A DNA stretch of 64,000 bases from Patescibacteria group bacterium (GCA_049322215.1 JBMORU010000001.1:452023-516022); one strand, 5' to 3'. Shown: positions 48,601 to 60,438, numbered from the stretch's first letter. Program-made: numbers and translations. Notes: generated by a model from the sequence alone, not told the origin.

Positions 48601-48949
48601 TGAAATGGAAGTTTGGGCACTTGAAGCATACGGTGCAGCACATATATTAAGAGAAATGTTAACTATAAAATCTGATGATTTGGTGGGTAGAACTCAAGCT
48701 TATAGGGCTATATTGCAAGGCAATCCTATACAAGAATCTACAGTACCAGAATCATTCAAACTGCTGGTTCGTGAACTCAATGGTTTGTGTTTAGGAATCG
48801 AACCACTTTCATTTACTACCGAAGAAGAATCAGATGAGGAAGAATTGGTAAGTTTAGGGAGCGATGTTACTACCACTGTAATTACTGAATCTGACGAGGA
48901 AGCACTAAGTGCGGTAGACAGTTTAGAAAGTTCCGAGGAGGAAGAATGA
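45647..48949 (+). CDS. rpoB: DNA-directed RNA polymerase beta subunit
   Basis: 1100 aa. Conserved blocks GRFRQNLLG-equivalent, RLSALGPGGL-like (RLSVMGPGGL), GRHGNKGV, NVGQILE, acidic C-terminus. Confidence 0.97.
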   Translation: MRHNLSKRKNVLPLPNLSMVQQNSYDWLQSYGITEVLEELGPVEDYTGRGWLLTFSKPTVEKENISIDEALESGRTYDAPWYLTATLEDPIAKKNKVQQIYMGDIPLMTSKGTFIINGVERVVVNQLTRSEGVLFTDSISPTTGKTLGGAKVLPKNGVWLEIETSRNGVISVKIDRRRKLTITSLLRVFGLEDDDDIRDAFAAVDADPEISYIESTLAKDPASSVEEAAIEIYRKMRPGEPLVLENAQALVESMFFNPRRYSLGSVGRFKLNQKLGLNFPNEPEHRLLHLEDLIKIIERIILINRGEAEADDVDNLGNRRVRSVGELLQNQIRIGFLQMEKNIKERMSLQPRDELPEPSVLISPRSVTAKIHSFFASGQLSQFQDQQNPLTSLDHLRRLSVMGPGGLTKERASMAVRDVHFSHYGRICPVRTPEGPNIGLINYLAMYARVNDYGFLETPYFKLEKMEDGRVKVTDEIVYLAAYDEEGIYITDGSVSVDEKGFITQDQVPLRKGGEFTLGAATQAEYIEIVPQQIVGISAGLIPFLQNDDVTRALVATQQMSQAVPLIHAEAPIVGTGIEDVIAQNAGIVIRAEEPGEIVYADANRVEVKYKGSNSAVTYKTQKYIKSNHDTCFNQIVKVKTGDKVKKNDILIEGPASVNGELANGTNVKVAYMIWEGYEYEDGIVISDRLVQDDVLTSVHISDYSVSVLETKLGPEEVTRDIPNVSEEALRSLDAQGIVAIGSKVKAGDILVGKVAPKGEVELSAEERLLRAIFGEKAKDVRDNSLVMPHGEHGTVIGIKTVTKDDNNNLSAGVLKEITVYTAQLKKIQVGDKLAGRHGNKGVISAVVPVVDMPRMEDGTPIDIVFSSEAVLKRMNVGQILEAPIGLAGSRLGKKYSVPVFERFSEKDYEDELVEAGLPKTGKMRLVDGRTGDYFDGEIVVGETYLLKLYHLAEDKMHARSTGPYSLITQQPLGGKAQFGGQRFGEMEVWALEAYGAAHILREMLTIKSDDLVGRTQAYRAILQGNPIQESTVPESFKLLVRELNGLCLGIEPLSFTTEEESDEEELVSLGSDVTTTVITESDEEALSAVDSLESSEEEE

Positions 48950-51900
48950 AAACATTAAACGAATTAAAAGACTTCGAATCCCTAAGAATATACCTTGCTT
49001 CGTCTGAAGATATTCTAAATTGGTCGTTTGGTGAAGTAACAAAGCCTGAAACTATTAACTATCGAACTTTTAGACCTGAACGCGAAGGTTTATTTGATGA
49101 AAGAATATTTGGACCTGTTAAAGATTACGAATGTTATTGCGGAAAATATAAGAGAATAAGATATAAGGGCGTAATTTGTGACAAATGTGGTGTGGAAGTT
49201 ACTCACTCAAGAGCACGTCGTGAAAGAATGGGTCATATTAAGTTAGCATCTCCCGTTGTTCATGTGTGGTTTTTTAAGGGAATTCCTTCTAAATTAGCCT
49301 CATTACTTGAATTATCTCCTAGAAATTTAGAAGCAGTAATATACTTCTCTTCTTTCATTGTTACTGAAATAGAAGGTGCTAAAAAAGCACAGGTTATAAC
49401 TCAAATAGAGCTAGATTTAGAAGAAGAAAAGAAAATTTTATCAAACAGATTAGATGAAAAAATTAAAGAAGTTGAAAATGAAAGAAAGAAACTAGAAAAA
49501 GACAAAAAAGATGAATTTTCAGCTCAGGAGGCCGACTTAAAGCTTAAGCAAAAAATTAAGAATTTAAGAGACGCAAATACTGCAGAAGTTGATGAAATTG
49601 AAAAAGAATACAAGTTAATGCAAAAGAAAATTGAAAGTATAGAACTTCATACTGTTTTATCTGACAATGAGTACTTGAAATTAGCTGATTATGTTGATGA
49701 ATTTTGTAAAGTAGAAATTGGTGCCGAGGCGATTCATTCAATTTTAGAAAAATTAGACTTAAATGCTTTATCTGCACAATTACGTGAGGATTTAGAAAAA
49801 GCAAAAGGTCAAAAAGCTATTAAAATATCTAAAAGATTAAAGGTTGTAGAAGGTTTTAGGCGCGCAGATATATCACCAACTAGAACAGTTTTAGATATAG
49901 TTCCAGTAATTCCACCTGACTTAAGACCTATGGTTCAGTTAGAAGGTGGTAGATTTGCCACTTCGGACCTAAACGATTTATACAGAAGAGTTATAAACAG
50001 AAACAATCGTTTAAAGAGATTGTTAGATTTAGGAGCTCCCGAAATTATTATTAGAAACGAAAAAAGAATGCTTCAAGAATCTGTAGATGCTTTATTTGAT
50101 GCTTCAAAACAGCGTCAGTCAGTAAGAAACAGCAGAAGCAGAAAACAGCTAAGGTCTTTGGCAGATATGTTAAAAGGCAAGCAAGGTCGTTTCCGCCAAA
50201 ACTTACTTGGTAAACGTGTTGATTACTCTGGTCGTTCAGTTATTGTAAACGGGCCCGACTTAAAATTAAATGAATGTGGTCTTCCAAAAGAGATGGCTCT
50301 TGAATTATTTAAACCATTTGTTTTGCGTGAGTTACTAGGAAGAGGTTTAGCTCCCAATGTTAAGAGTGCTAAGTACGTTTTAGAGCAAAGGGGTCCTGAA
50401 GTTTGGGATATATTAGAAGAATTGGTAAAAGATCATCCGGTGCTATTAAACAGAGCCCCAACATTATGGCGCTTAGGTATACAAGCTTTTTATCCAAAAC
50501 TAGTTGATGGAAATTCAGTTCGCTTACACTTAGCTGTATGTCCTGGTTATAACGCTGACTTTGATGGTGACCAAATGGCTGTACATTTACCTTTATCTCA
50601 GAAGGCCATAGAGGAAGCAAAAACGCTATTAATTTCAACAAATAACTTATTGAAACCATCTGACGGTACGCCAATATCTGTTCCAACTAAAATAATGTTA
50701 TTTGGTATTTACTATATGACTGCGATAAATCCCGATTTAGATTTATGGCCTGTTTCTTTCTCAAGTGCTGAAGAGGCGTTGTATGTGTATGAGGTGGTTA
50801 AAGATTTGAACCTAAAACAAAAAATTAAAGTTTTGGTGGACGGTAACCTTGTTGAAACATCTCCTGGGCGTTTACTGTTTAATAAGGTAATACCTAATGT
50901 ATTTGGCTTTATAAACGAAGAAATGGATAAGAAAAAAGTTAGCGCATTGTTAGCTAAAGCTTTTGACGAACAGCCACATGAAGTAGTTGTTAAACTTATT
51001 GATGATCTTAAAGATGTGGGGTTAAAATACGGTACCATTTCAGGCCATTCAGTCGCATTATCGGATGTTGAAATACCAAACTCCCGAGAAAAACACATAG
51101 AAGCTGGCCGTAAAGAGGTCGCTGAAATAAACAAAAACTTTAGACGTGGTCTTATAACCAAAAACGAATCTCAAAGACTTTCAGAAGATGTATGGAACAA
51201 AATAACAGCAAACATCGATGAAGATGTATGGGGCAACTTACCCGAAGATAATCCTGTTAAAATATTGGTTAAATCAGGAGCTACTCGTGCTTCTAGAGAC
51301 CAGGTTAAGCAAATTGGTGGTATGCGAGGTTTGATTGCTGATCCTACTGGTAAAATTGTAGAATTGCCTATTTTGGGTAACTACAAACTTGGTTTGTCAG
51401 GTATAGAGTACTTTGCAAGTTCAAGAGGTGCTAGAAAAGGATTAGCCGACCGTGCTTTGAAAACCGCCGACTCTGGTTACTTAACTCGTCGTTTGGTTGA
51501 TGTTGCACAAGATGTTTTAGTTCGCGAAGATGATTGTGGTACTACTGACGGCAGGGAAGTTATAGTTGGTGAAAAAACTGTATTAAATGACTTCGCTGAT
51601 CGTGTCGCCGGACGTTATTTAGCAGATACTGTTAAAGACGGTAAATCTATAGTCGCAAAAGCAGGCACACTATTAACTGAAGATGTAGTTGCTGCTATTG
51701 AAGCTGCCGGAATTGAAACTATAAAACTAAGATCCCCATTAAACTGTGAAACTAACAGAGGTATTTGCGCTAAATGTTATGGAATAGACTTAATGACTCG
51801 TGATCTAATAAAAGCAGGCTCCGCAGTAGGTGTTTCTGCTGCTCAAGCAATTGGAGAACCAGGAACTCAGTTAACAATGAGAACATTCCACACAGGAGGT

Positions 51901-52638
51901 ATTGCAGGACGTGATATTACACAAGGTTTGCCAAGAATAGAAGAAATAGTAGAGGCGCGTGCTCCTAAAAACTTATCCATAATGAGTGAAATAACGGGTA
52001 CTGTAAAGATTACCGAAAATGGAGACGACAGAAAACTATCAATAATTGCTACTGATGATACTGAAGATTTACAAGTTGTTGAATATATGGTTGATCCTTT
52101 AGCCGAGATACTAGTTGAAAACAATCAGTTAGTTGCTCAAGGTGAAAAATTAACTGCAGGGCACTTAGACTTAACCGAGCTTTTACGCGCGGTGGGTGTT
52201 AATGCAACTAAGCGCTACATAGTAGACGAAATTCAAAGAGTATATTCTTCTCAAGGTGTTGCTATTAATGAAAAGCACATTGAAGTTATTGTTAAGCAAA
52301 TGTTTAACAGTGTAAAAGTTGAGGATATAGGTGATACTGACTTACTACCCGATGAAGTTGTTACAAAAGCAACGTTTGAAGAAGCTAATGAAAGAGCTAT
52401 TGCTGAAGGCGGAAATCCTGCTACAGCAAAAGTAACATTACTTGGTATTACTAAAGCATCTTTGGGTACAGATAGCTTTTTATCGGCAGCATCCTTTATT
52501 CAAACAAGCAATGTGTTGACTGACGCAGCTGCGTCTGGTAAAGTCGATTCGCTTTTGGGACTAAAAGAAAACGTTATCATAGGTAGATTAATCCCAACAG
52601 GTGAAAGAGCATTAATTGAAGAATCTGAAGAAGATTAG
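48946..52638 (+). CDS. rpoC: DNA-directed RNA polymerase beta' subunit
   Basis: 1230 aa. Zn-finger [35 protein letters not shown] catalytic motif, trigger loop region. ATGA overlap with the rpoB stop. Confidence 0.97.
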   Translation: MKTLNELKDFESLRIYLASSEDILNWSFGEVTKPETINYRTFRPEREGLFDERIFGPVKDYECYCGKYKRIRYKGVICDKCGVEVTHSRARRERMGHIKLASPVVHVWFFKGIPSKLASLLELSPRNLEAVIYFSSFIVTEIEGAKKAQVITQIELDLEEEKKILSNRLDEKIKEVENERKKLEKDKKDEFSAQEADLKLKQKIKNLRDANTAEVDEIEKEYKLMQKKIESIELHTVLSDNEYLKLADYVDEFCKVEIGAEAIHSILEKLDLNALSAQLREDLEKAKGQKAIKISKRLKVVEGFRRADISPTRTVLDIVPVIPPDLRPMVQLEGGRFATSDLNDLYRRVINRNNRLKRLLDLGAPEIIIRNEKRMLQESVDALFDASKQRQSVRNSRSRKQLRSLADMLKGKQGRFRQNLLGKRVDYSGRSVIVNGPDLKLNECGLPKEMALELFKPFVLRELLGRGLAPNVKSAKYVLEQRGPEVWDILEELVKDHPVLLNRAPTLWRLGIQAFYPKLVDGNSVRLHLAVCPGYNADFDGDQMAVHLPLSQKAIEEAKTLLISTNNLLKPSDGTPISVPTKIMLFGIYYMTAINPDLDLWPVSFSSAEEALYVYEVVKDLNLKQKIKVLVDGNLVETSPGRLLFNKVIPNVFGFINEEMDKKKVSALLAKAFDEQPHEVVVKLIDDLKDVGLKYGTISGHSVALSDVEIPNSREKHIEAGRKEVAEINKNFRRGLITKNESQRLSEDVWNKITANIDEDVWGNLPEDNPVKILVKSGATRASRDQVKQIGGMRGLIADPTGKIVELPILGNYKLGLSGIEYFASSRGARKGLADRALKTADSGYLTRRLVDVAQDVLVREDDCGTTDGREVIVGEKTVLNDFADRVAGRYLADTVKDGKSIVAKAGTLLTEDVVAAIEAAGIETIKLRSPLNCETNRGICAKCYGIDLMTRDLIKAGSAVGVSAAQAIGEPGTQLTMRTFHTGGIAGRDITQGLPRIEEIVEARAPKNLSIMSEITGTVKITENGDDRKLSIIATDDTEDLQVVEYMVDPLAEILVENNQLVAQGEKLTAGHLDLTELLRAVGVNATKRYIVDEIQRVYSSQGVAINEKHIEVIVKQMFNSVKVEDIGDTDLLPDEVVTKATFEEANERAIAEGGNPATAKVTLLGITKASLGTDSFLSAASFIQTSNVLTDAAASGKVDSLLGLKENVIIGRLIPTGERALIEESEED

Positions 52639-52649
52639 AAAGAAATAAT

Positions 52650-53057
52650 ATGCCAACTGTTAATCAATTACTAAGAAAAGGTAGAAAAACAAAAATAAAA
52701 AAGGCAAATACTCCTGCGCTTTCTGAGATATTTTCTTCTCTAGCACGTAGAAGTAAGCCTGGTAACTCTCCATTTAAGAAGGGTGTTTGTTTGCAAGTTA
52801 AAACAATGACTCCTTCTAAACCAAATTCAGCCTTGAGAAAAGTTGCTAGAGTTAGGTTATCGAATGGTAAAGAAGTTACTGCTTACATACCTGGAGAAGG
52901 TCATAACCTACAAGAGCACTCAGTTGTGTTAATTAAGGGTGGAAAAGTTAAAGACTTGCCAGGAATTAAATACACTATTGTTAGAGGAACGTATGATTTG
53001 CAGGGTGTAGATAGTAGAAAATCTTCAAGATCAATTTATGGAGTTAAAAAGAGTTAA
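52650..53057 (+). CDS. rpsL: 30S ribosomal protein S12
   Basis: [13 protein letters not shown]...[13 protein letters not shown]...VRGG. Confidence 0.97.
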   Translation: MPTVNQLLRKGRKTKIKKANTPALSEIFSSLARRSKPGNSPFKKGVCLQVKTMTPSKPNSALRKVARVRLSNGKEVTAYIPGEGHNLQEHSVVLIKGGKVKDLPGIKYTIVRGTYDLQGVDSRKSSRSIYGVKKS

Positions 53058-53068
53058 CTTAGGAAATT

Positions 53069-53533
53069 ATGAGATCAAAACGTATTAAAAAGAAACAAAT
53101 ATCCCCTGATGCAATTTATAAGTCTCGGGTTGTAACAAGATTAATAAACTATGTAATGCTTCATGGTAAAAAAGCTGTAGCTGAAGATATTGTTTATTCT
53201 GCTATTGGCCGTATATCAGAAGATCGTAAAGATGCAGCCGCTTTTTTTGAAAAAGCAGTAAAAGAACTTATGCCTAAGCAAGAAGTAAGGTCTAGAAGAG
53301 TTGGGGGTGCCACTTATCAAGTGCCCGTTCCAGTAAAACATGACCGTGCTGAAGCTTTAGCCCTAAGATGGTTAGTTGATGTATCTAGAGGAAAAAAAGG
53401 AAAACCAATGGCGGATGCCCTATTTGAAGAGTTAAATCACATTAATGAAGGCATTGGTGATGCCTTAAAGAAGCGTGATGACACTCATAAAATGGCTGAA
53501 GCTAATCGTGCGTTTGCACACTTTAGGTTTTAA
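53069..53533 (+). CDS. rpsG: 30S ribosomal protein S7
   Basis: Characteristic S7 sequence, 154 aa. Confidence 0.95.
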   Translation: MRSKRIKKKQISPDAIYKSRVVTRLINYVMLHGKKAVAEDIVYSAIGRISEDRKDAAAFFEKAVKELMPKQEVRSRRVGGATYQVPVPVKHDRAEALALRWLVDVSRGKKGKPMADALFEELNHINEGIGDALKKRDDTHKMAEANRAFAHFRF

Positions 53534-53661
53534 AGTGGGTAAGCAACAGTTTTTTGCTGTTTATTACGTCAGTAAACTTTTACCTCAAACCATTTACTAA
53601 AGTGCACGCCGACTTAAGTTAAATAATTAGAAAGTTTATAAATAGAAAGTTAGAAATTAAT

Positions 53662-55758
53662 ATGGCTCAAAATAAAGCATCTACAAAAGAATATCCGTTA
53701 GAGAGAATTCGTAATATTGGTATTATTGCTCATATTGATGCGGGTAAAACTACAACTACTGAAAGAGTGCTTTTTTATACAGGCCGTTCCCACAAAATAG
53801 GTGAAGTTCATGAAGGCGAAGCTCAAATGGACTGGATGGCACAGGAGCGTGAAAGAGGTATTACAATTACTTCTGCTGCTACTACATGTTTTTGGCTCGA
53901 TCACAGAATTAATATTATAGACACACCGGGTCACGTTGACTTTACTGCAGAAGTAGAACGTTCTCTAAGAGTTTTAGATGGTGGTGTAGTTGTTTTAGAT
54001 GGTTCTCAAGGCGTTGAGCCTCAAACTGAAACTGTTTGGAGACAAGCAGAAAAATACAAAGTACCCTTACTATGTTTTGTAAATAAACTTGACAAAGTAG
54101 GTGGTGATTTTTACATGTCTTTAAAATCTATTCACAATCGTTTATCTAGTAAGGCGGTTGCAGTACAACTACCTATAGGTATTGAAGGTGATTTTAATTC
54201 AGTAATTGACCTTGTTGAAAGAAAAGCTTACACGTTTACAGGTAACTTAGGTTCTGAAATTAAAGAAGTACAAATTCCTGAAGATATGAAAGATAAAGTT
54301 GAGGAATACAGAGCAATTTTAGTAGAAAAAGTTGCAGAGTCAGATGACACTTTAATTGAAAGATTTTTAAATGGTGAAGAGCTCAGCATAGATGAAATAA
54401 AAAATGGCATAAGAAAAATGACAATGTCTGTTCAAATGTATCCTGTATTTGTGGGTTCAGCCTTGGCTAATGTTGGTGTGCAAAAACTTTTAGATGGTGT
54501 TATTGCATATTTACCATCTCCTAAAGATGTTCCTGCTGTAATTGGGCACAAACCTAATTCTGAGGAAGAAGTTCAGCTTCATGCTGATGAAAACGGTCCT
54601 TTTGCTGCGTTAGCATTTAAAATTCAAACCGACCCATATGTAGGTAGGTTAACTTACTTCAGAGTGTATTCAGGAAGCTTAGATGCTGGTTCTTACGTTA
54701 TGAACACAACTAAAGGACAAAAAGAGCGTTTGGGTCGCATTTTATTAATGCATGCAAATCACAGAGAAGAAATAAAACATATTGGAGCTGGTGAAATTGC
54801 AGCCGCTGTTGGTTTGAATGCTACAACAGGAGATACTTTAGCAAGTGATGATCATCCGCTAGTTTTAGAAGCAATAAGTTTTGCTGAGCCTGTTATTGGG
54901 TTAGTGGTAGAACCTAAAACAAAAGTTGATAGAGATAGATTAGGTGAGTCTTTAAGAAAACTTGTAGAAGAGGATCCTACACTAAAAATTAAAACCAATG
55001 CTGAAACTGCAGAAACTGTGCTTTATGGTATGGGTGAACTTCATTTGGAAATTATTGTAGACCGTTTAAAAAGAGAGTTTAATGTAGAGGTAAATACCGG
55101 AACACCACAAGTGGCTTATAGAGAGTCTGTTAAAAAGACTGTAGAAGTAGAAAATAAGTATATTAGACAATCTGGTGGTAAAGGTCAGTATGGACATGTT
55201 TATATAACCATGGAACCATTAGAACCAGGTAAAGGTATTGAATTTGAAAACAAAATTACCGGAGGTTCAATTCCTCGTGAATACATACCTGCAGTAGAAA
55301 AAGGTATTAGAGAAGCGTCTGAATCTGGTGTTGTTGCCGGGTACCCAGTTGTAGATGTTAAAGTGACTTTAACTGATGGTTCATATCACGATGTGGACTC
55401 TTCAGAAATGGCATTTAAAATTGCAGCTTCTGGTGCCTTTAAAGAGGCACAGAAAAAAGCAGGATCTTATTTACTAGAACCAATTATGCATGTAGAAGTT
55501 TCTACACCTGAGGAGTTTATGGGTGACGTTATGGGTAACTTATCTAGTAAGCGCGGAAAAATTGAAGGTAACGAATCTAGAGGACAAGCTGTTGTTATAT
55601 CAGCAAAAGTGCCTTTAGCAGAGATGTTTGGTTATGCCACAGAATTAAGAGGTATGACACAAGGTAGAGCAGGTTTCACTATGGAACCAAGTCACTACGA
55701 AGAGGTTCCTGCAAATATTGCAGCAGAAATCTCTAAAAAAACAGGGAACAGCTATTGA
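53662..55758 (+). CDS. fusA: elongation factor G
   Basis: [33 protein letters not shown]. 698 aa. Confidence 0.97.
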   Translation: MAQNKASTKEYPLERIRNIGIIAHIDAGKTTTTERVLFYTGRSHKIGEVHEGEAQMDWMAQERERGITITSAATTCFWLDHRINIIDTPGHVDFTAEVERSLRVLDGGVVVLDGSQGVEPQTETVWRQAEKYKVPLLCFVNKLDKVGGDFYMSLKSIHNRLSSKAVAVQLPIGIEGDFNSVIDLVERKAYTFTGNLGSEIKEVQIPEDMKDKVEEYRAILVEKVAESDDTLIERFLNGEELSIDEIKNGIRKMTMSVQMYPVFVGSALANVGVQKLLDGVIAYLPSPKDVPAVIGHKPNSEEEVQLHADENGPFAALAFKIQTDPYVGRLTYFRVYSGSLDAGSYVMNTTKGQKERLGRILLMHANHREEIKHIGAGEIAAAVGLNATTGDTLASDDHPLVLEAISFAEPVIGLVVEPKTKVDRDRLGESLRKLVEEDPTLKIKTNAETAETVLYGMGELHLEIIVDRLKREFNVEVNTGTPQVAYRESVKKTVEVENKYIRQSGGKGQYGHVYITMEPLEPGKGIEFENKITGGSIPREYIPAVEKGIREASESGVVAGYPVVDVKVTLTDGSYHDVDSSEMAFKIAASGAFKEAQKKAGSYLLEPIMHVEVSTPEEFMGDVMGNLSSKRGKIEGNESRGQAVVISAKVPLAEMFGYATELRGMTQGRAGFTMEPSHYEEVPANIAAEISKKTGNSY

Positions 55759-55940
55759 TTTTCCTGTTATAATGCTTTAAAATCCGAAGGGCGCGCAGCC
55801 CACGGTATGTGGACTGCAGCTATTTGAAGCACAGCTTCGGTAAATTGCCTTTGGCAATAAAAGTAAGAAATTTTTTAAGTTTATTTACTTGATGTAACTT
55901 TAGTTAGTAAGTTCTATCAAGCAAGTAGAGAAAGGGTACA

Positions 55941-57119
55941 ATGGCAGAATTTGTACGTAACAAGCCCCATATGAACATTGGTACCATTGGTCACGTTGAC
56001 CATGGGAAAACCACTCTGACTGCAGCCATTACTAAAGTACTCGCCGACAAAGGCATGGCTGAAGCAAGAGCTTTCGATACCATCGATAAAGCTCCTGAAG
56101 AAAAAGAAAGAGGTATAACAATTAACATTACTCATGTTGAGTATGAAACAGAAAAAAGGCACTATGCACACATAGACGCCCCAGGACACGCTGACTACAT
56201 TAAAAACATGATTACAGGTGCTGCTCAAATGGACGGTGCTATTTTAGTAGTTTCAGCCCCAGATGGACCTATGCCTCAAACAAGAGAACACATACTATTG
56301 GCTAAGCAAGTTAATGTTCCAGCATTAGTAGTTTTCTTAAACAAGGTGGATATGGTTCAAGATCAGGAAATCTTGGAATTAGTTGAGCTTGAAGTTAGAG
56401 AATTATTAAATAAATACGGTTTTGATGGTGATAATACTCCTATTATCGCAGGTTCAGGTTTAAAAGCTTTAGAAGGCGATGCTGAATATGGCGAAAAAAT
56501 AATGGATCTTATGAATGCTGTAGACGAGTTTATTCCAGAACCAGTAAGAGAACTAGACAAACCTTTCTTAATGCCTATTGAAGACGTATTCTCTATAAAA
56601 GGTAGAGGTACAGTTGCAACAGGTAGAATTGAAAGAGGTGTTGTTAAGGTTGGAGAAGAAATAGAAATAGTAGGTATTAAAAATACAACAAAAACAACGG
56701 TAACCGGTGTAGAAATGTTTAAAAAACAACTACAAGAAGGTCAAGCTGGTGATAACGTAGGTATATTGTTAAGAGGTATTGAAAGAGATGACATCGAAAG
56801 AGGTCAAGTATTAGCTAAAACAGGTACAGTAACACCACATACAGAATTTGAGGCTAAAGTTTACATACTTTCCAAAGAGGAAGGTGGTAGACATAAGCAA
56901 TTCTTTAGTGGTTATAGACCTCAGTTTTATCTACGAACAACCGATGTTACAGGTGAAATCACTTTACCTGACGGTGTCGAAATGGTAATGCCTGGTGATA
57001 ATGTTACATTAAGTGTTAAATTAATTACTCCAGTTGCTTTAGAAGAAGGACTAAGGTTTGCTATCAGAGAAGGTGGTCAAACTGTTGGTGCTGGAGCAAT
57101 CACAAAAGTAGTTAAGTAA
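55941..57119 (+). CDS. tuf: elongation factor Tu
   Basis: [37 protein letters not shown]. 392 aa. Confidence 0.97.
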   Translation: MAEFVRNKPHMNIGTIGHVDHGKTTLTAAITKVLADKGMAEARAFDTIDKAPEEKERGITINITHVEYETEKRHYAHIDAPGHADYIKNMITGAAQMDGAILVVSAPDGPMPQTREHILLAKQVNVPALVVFLNKVDMVQDQEILELVELEVRELLNKYGFDGDNTPIIAGSGLKALEGDAEYGEKIMDLMNAVDEFIPEPVRELDKPFLMPIEDVFSIKGRGTVATGRIERGVVKVGEEIEIVGIKNTTKTTVTGVEMFKKQLQEGQAGDNVGILLRGIERDDIERGQVLAKTGTVTPHTEFEAKVYILSKEEGGRHKQFFSGYRPQFYLRTTDVTGEITLPDGVEMVMPGDNVTLSVKLITPVALEEGLRFAIREGGQTVGAGAITKVVK

Positions 57120-57133
57120 GTAGAATCTAAGAT

Positions 57134-57160
57134 GTGCCCCGGAAACGGGGCACATATTTT
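57134..57160 (+). terminator. rho-independent terminator after tuf (gtgccccg-gaaa-cggggcac + atatttt)
   Basis: Perfect 8-bp GC stem. The rpsJ start codon lies 5 nt downstream. Confidence 0.7.
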
Positions 57161-57164
57161 AAAG

Positions 57165-57485
57165 ATGGCAAAAGAAACAAAAGAAACAAGAATAAGAATA
57201 AAATTAAAAGCTTATGATAGTCGTATTATCGATATAAGTGCCTCTAAAATAGTTGATACTGCGATTAGAACAGGCGCAAAAGTTGTAGGTCCTGTTCCTT
57301 TACCTACGCGTATAGAAAGATATACCGTAATTAGAGGACCTCACATTGACAAAAGATCTAGAGAGCAATTTGAGTTAAGAACTCATAAAAGAGTAGTAGA
57401 TATTTTAGGTCCTACTAGCTCAACAATAGATAGCTTATCGCATCTTGATTTACCAGCAGGTGTTGGTATATCTATAAAGATGTAA
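57165..57485 (+). CDS. rpsJ: 30S ribosomal protein S10
   Basis: [18 protein letters not shown]...[24 protein letters not shown]. The track start at 57132 would put the terminator hairpin inside the coding sequence. Confidence 0.95.
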   Translation: MAKETKETRIRIKLKAYDSRIIDISASKIVDTAIRTGAKVVGPVPLPTRIERYTVIRGPHIDKRSREQFELRTHKRVVDILGPTSSTIDSLSHLDLPAGVGISIKM

Positions 57486-57632
57486 GAAGAAATCGAGACA
57501 ATACTAATATTCTTGTTGGAATATTGGGGAATTATTGCTACAATGCAAAACGTGTTAAACCAAGAAACATAATAAATTTAGGGCGATTAAGTAGTTTTTA
57601 ATTGGCGCCCAGGCGCCATTTTTATTTGGAAA

Positions 57633-58064
57633 ATGGAAGAAGTAATAATAAAAGGAAAAAAGAAAAATATGTCTCAAGTCTTTTTAGAAGATGGTACTGT
57701 TGTTCCTGTAACAATAGTTATAGCTGATGCCGCTTTTGAATCAGAAGACTTAGAAGGTAAGCCTATTACTATTGTAGGAAAATCAAAAGGAAAAGGTTTT
57801 ACTGGTGTAATGAAAAAATGGAATTTTGCTGGGCAACAAGCTACCAGAGGTCAGTCTGATAAACCTAGAGCTGCTGGTTCTATTGGCGCACAAACTCCTG
57901 GCAGAGTATTTAAAGGTAAAAAAATGGCAGGACGTCATGGAAACAAAAAAGTAACATTAAAAAGTTCAAAAGTAATAAAGGTTTTTCCCGAATCAAATGA
58001 ATTAATGGTTTCAGGTCCAATTCCAGGAGCAAGAAATTCTGCTGTAATTTTGAAGGTAAAGTAA
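57633..58064 (+). CDS. rplC: 50S ribosomal protein L3, unusually short (143 aa)
   Basis: KGKKKNMSQVFLEDGTVVPVTIV...GKSKGKGFTGVMKKWNFAGQQATRGQS...KGKKMAGRHG. The central about 60-aa region of canonical L3 is absent. Confidence 0.85.
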   Translation: MEEVIIKGKKKNMSQVFLEDGTVVPVTIVIADAAFESEDLEGKPITIVGKSKGKGFTGVMKKWNFAGQQATRGQSDKPRAAGSIGAQTPGRVFKGKKMAGRHGNKKVTLKSSKVIKVFPESNELMVSGPIPGARNSAVILKVK

Positions 58065-58065
58065 T

Positions 58066-58692
58066 ATGAAGTTTGACGTATTGGATAAAACAGGAAAATC
58101 AATAGAAAAAGTTGAAGTTGAGGATACAATATTTAATGCTGAAGTAAACGAGCCGCTATTGTCTCAGTACTTAAGAATTTTTAACTTAAATCAACGACAG
58201 GGAACTTCATCTACTAAAACTAGAGGAGAAATTTCTGGTGGCGGTAAAAAGCCTTGGAAGCAAAAGGGCACAGGCCGAGCACGTCACGGTTCAACAAGAA
58301 GTCCTTTGTGGAGACACGGAGGTATAGTTCATGGCCCAAAGCCTAAAGATTGGACACTAAAGCTTTCAAAAAAACTAAAGCAAAAAGCTATAGTTTCAGC
58401 CTTATCCGCAGTAACACGTGATAAAGAGGTTTTTGTTTTAAATGAGCTTTCTATAAACGAGCCTAAAACAAAAGAAGTTGCTTCTATAATAAAAGCTTTA
58501 GGTTTAAATAGAAAAGTGCTATTAGTCGTAGCTGAAAACGATAATAACGTGTACAAAAGTGCTGGCAACATTAAAGATTTAAACATTTCGTTAGCAGATA
58601 ATTTAAATGCTTACGACTTGTTGAACGCTAATAACGTTTTATTTATAAAAGATGCACTAATTAAAGTTAATGAAAAGTATAAAAGTTTATGA
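58066..58692 (+). CDS. rplD: 50S ribosomal protein L4
   Basis: Position in the S10 operon and L4 motifs (KPWKQKGTGRARHGS). Confidence 0.95.
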   Translation: MKFDVLDKTGKSIEKVEVEDTIFNAEVNEPLLSQYLRIFNLNQRQGTSSTKTRGEISGGGKKPWKQKGTGRARHGSTRSPLWRHGGIVHGPKPKDWTLKLSKKLKQKAIVSALSAVTRDKEVFVLNELSINEPKTKEVASIIKALGLNRKVLLVVAENDNNVYKSAGNIKDLNISLADNLNAYDLLNANNVLFIKDALIKVNEKYKSL

Positions 58693-58982
58693 GATTAAAC
58701 AACGTAGTAATAAAACCAATTGTAACTGAAAAAACAATGGCATTAGCTGCTGATGGAAGATACGTTTTTAAAGTAAATTTAAAGGCAAGTAAAAATGCTG
58801 TAGCTGAAAATGTTGCTGAAGTTTATGGCGTTAATGTTGAAAATGTAAAAACACTTATTATGCCTGGGAAAAAGAGAAGAATATCAAAAACAAATAAATT
58901 TACAAAAACAAAAAAGTGGAAAAAGGCAGTAGTGCAATTAGCTAAAGGTGAATCAATAAATTTAATTGAGGAGTCCAAATGA
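58689..58982 (+). CDS. rplW: 50S ribosomal protein L23
   Basis: Operon position. 97 aa. Confidence 0.9.
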   Translation: MRLNNVVIKPIVTEKTMALAADGRYVFKVNLKASKNAVAENVAEVYGVNVENVKTLIMPGKKRRISKTNKFTKTKKWKKAVVQLAKGESINLIEESK

Positions 58983-59809
58983 TAAAGTCATATAAACCAA
59001 CAAGCAATGGAATGAGATTTAGAAAAACCTTGGTTTTGGATATAACTAAGAATAAAAAACGTGAAAAGAAATTAAGCTCTCCTCTTAAAGGACCTGCAGG
59101 TAGAAATAATGGAACAGTATCAAGCAGACATCGACAACGTGGCCATAAAAAACATTATAGGGTCATTGACTTCAAACGAGATAAACGTGATATTCCGGCA
59201 AAGGTAATGGCTTTAGAATATGATCCAAATCGTGGCGCAAACATTGCCCTTGTTAGTTACGCCGATGGAGAAAAGCGATATATTTTAGCGCCCGAAAAAC
59301 TTAAAGTAGGTACAAAAGTAATAGCTGGTGATAACGTTGAGCCTGTACCAGGAAACGCCTTACCGTTAGCCAATATACCTTTAGGTGCACCTATTCATAA
59401 TATAGAGATAAATCCCGGAAAAGGTGGTCAAATGGTAAGAGGTGCAGGAAATAGCGCAATATTAATGGCAAAAGAAGGCAAGTATGTTAATATCAAGCTC
59501 CCAAGCGGGGAGATTAAAAAGGTTTTGAAAACATGTTATGCAACCATGGGTGTTTTAAGTAATGCTGATTTAAGAAATACTCAAATGGGTAAGGCAGGAC
59601 GCGCCCGCCATAAAGGTAAAAGACCTCACATTAGAGGTATTGCTATTGCGAATCCTTCCGACCACCCACACGGAGGTTCATATAAAGATAATGGTATAGG
59701 TATGCCATCACCAAAATCACCTTGGGGATGGAAAACTAGAGGTAAACTAACAAGAAAGAGAAAACATACCGACAAATTTATAGTAAAAAGTAGAAGAAAG
59801 AAAAGGTAA
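58979..59809 (+). CDS. rplB: 50S ribosomal protein L2
   Basis: [21 protein letters not shown]...[11 protein letters not shown]. Confidence 0.97.
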   Translation: MIKSYKPTSNGMRFRKTLVLDITKNKKREKKLSSPLKGPAGRNNGTVSSRHRQRGHKKHYRVIDFKRDKRDIPAKVMALEYDPNRGANIALVSYADGEKRYILAPEKLKVGTKVIAGDNVEPVPGNALPLANIPLGAPIHNIEINPGKGGQMVRGAGNSAILMAKEGKYVNIKLPSGEIKKVLKTCYATMGVLSNADLRNTQMGKAGRARHKGKRPHIRGIAIANPSDHPHGGSYKDNGIGMPSPKSPWGWKTRGKLTRKRKHTDKFIVKSRRKKR

Positions 59810-59811
59810 AA

Positions 59812-60078
59812 ATGGCTAGATCACTGAAAAAAGGACCATACATAGATGAAAAACTTTTAAAGAAAATTCAAAAGGCAATTAATGAAGGTTCAAGAAAGCC
59901 TATAAAGACGTGGGCTAGAAGTTCAACCATAAGCCCTGAAATGGTAGGGTTAACTATGGAAGTTCATAATGGCAAAGAGCATGTAGCTGTTTACATTACC
60001 GAAGCAATGGTAGGGCACAAATTAGGTGAGTTTGCTCCAACTAGAAAATTTAGAGGGCATTCATCGAAGAAGTTATAA
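59812..60078 (+). CDS. rpsS: 30S ribosomal protein S19
   Basis: [12 protein letters not shown]...[18 protein letters not shown]. Confidence 0.97.
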   Translation: MARSLKKGPYIDEKLLKKIQKAINEGSRKPIKTWARSSTISPEMVGLTMEVHNGKEHVAVYITEAMVGHKLGEFAPTRKFRGHSSKKL

Positions 60079-60087
60079 AAGGGTATT

Positions 60088-60435
60088 ATGCAAAAAGCAC
60101 AAGTTTATGCAAAAGATAAATACGTAAGAACATCTACTAAAAAAGTAGGAATTGTAATGGATTTAGTACGTGGCTTAAATGCTTCTGAAGCAAAAAGAGT
60201 TTTGACTTTTGATCAAACAAAAGCTGCTAAGCTTATTTTAAAAGTTTTAAATTCGGCTATGGCTAATGCAAAACATAACTTTGATCTAAATGAAGATTCT
60301 TTGTATGTATCCGAATTGTTTGTTGAAAATGGCCCCACAATAAAACGAGGACATTTTGTTGGTAGAGGTAGATTTAGCCCAATTTTAAAAAGAACTGCTC
60401 ATATAGTTGTTGGTTTGTCTGAAAGGAAAAAGTAA
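60088..60435 (+). CDS. rplV: 50S ribosomal protein L22
   Basis: Operon position, 115 aa, L22-like sequence. Confidence 0.9.
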   Translation: MQKAQVYAKDKYVRTSTKKVGIVMDLVRGLNASEAKRVLTFDQTKAAKLILKVLNSAMANAKHNFDLNEDSLYVSELFVENGPTIKRGHFVGRGRFSPILKRTAHIVVGLSERKK

Positions 60436-60438
60436 TCG

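Noticed and set aside
57132-57164. Extended N-terminus for rpsJ ([11 protein letters not shown]...)
   Set aside because: That extension would translate through the tuf terminator hairpin. The conserved S10 N-terminus starts at MAKETKE (57165).
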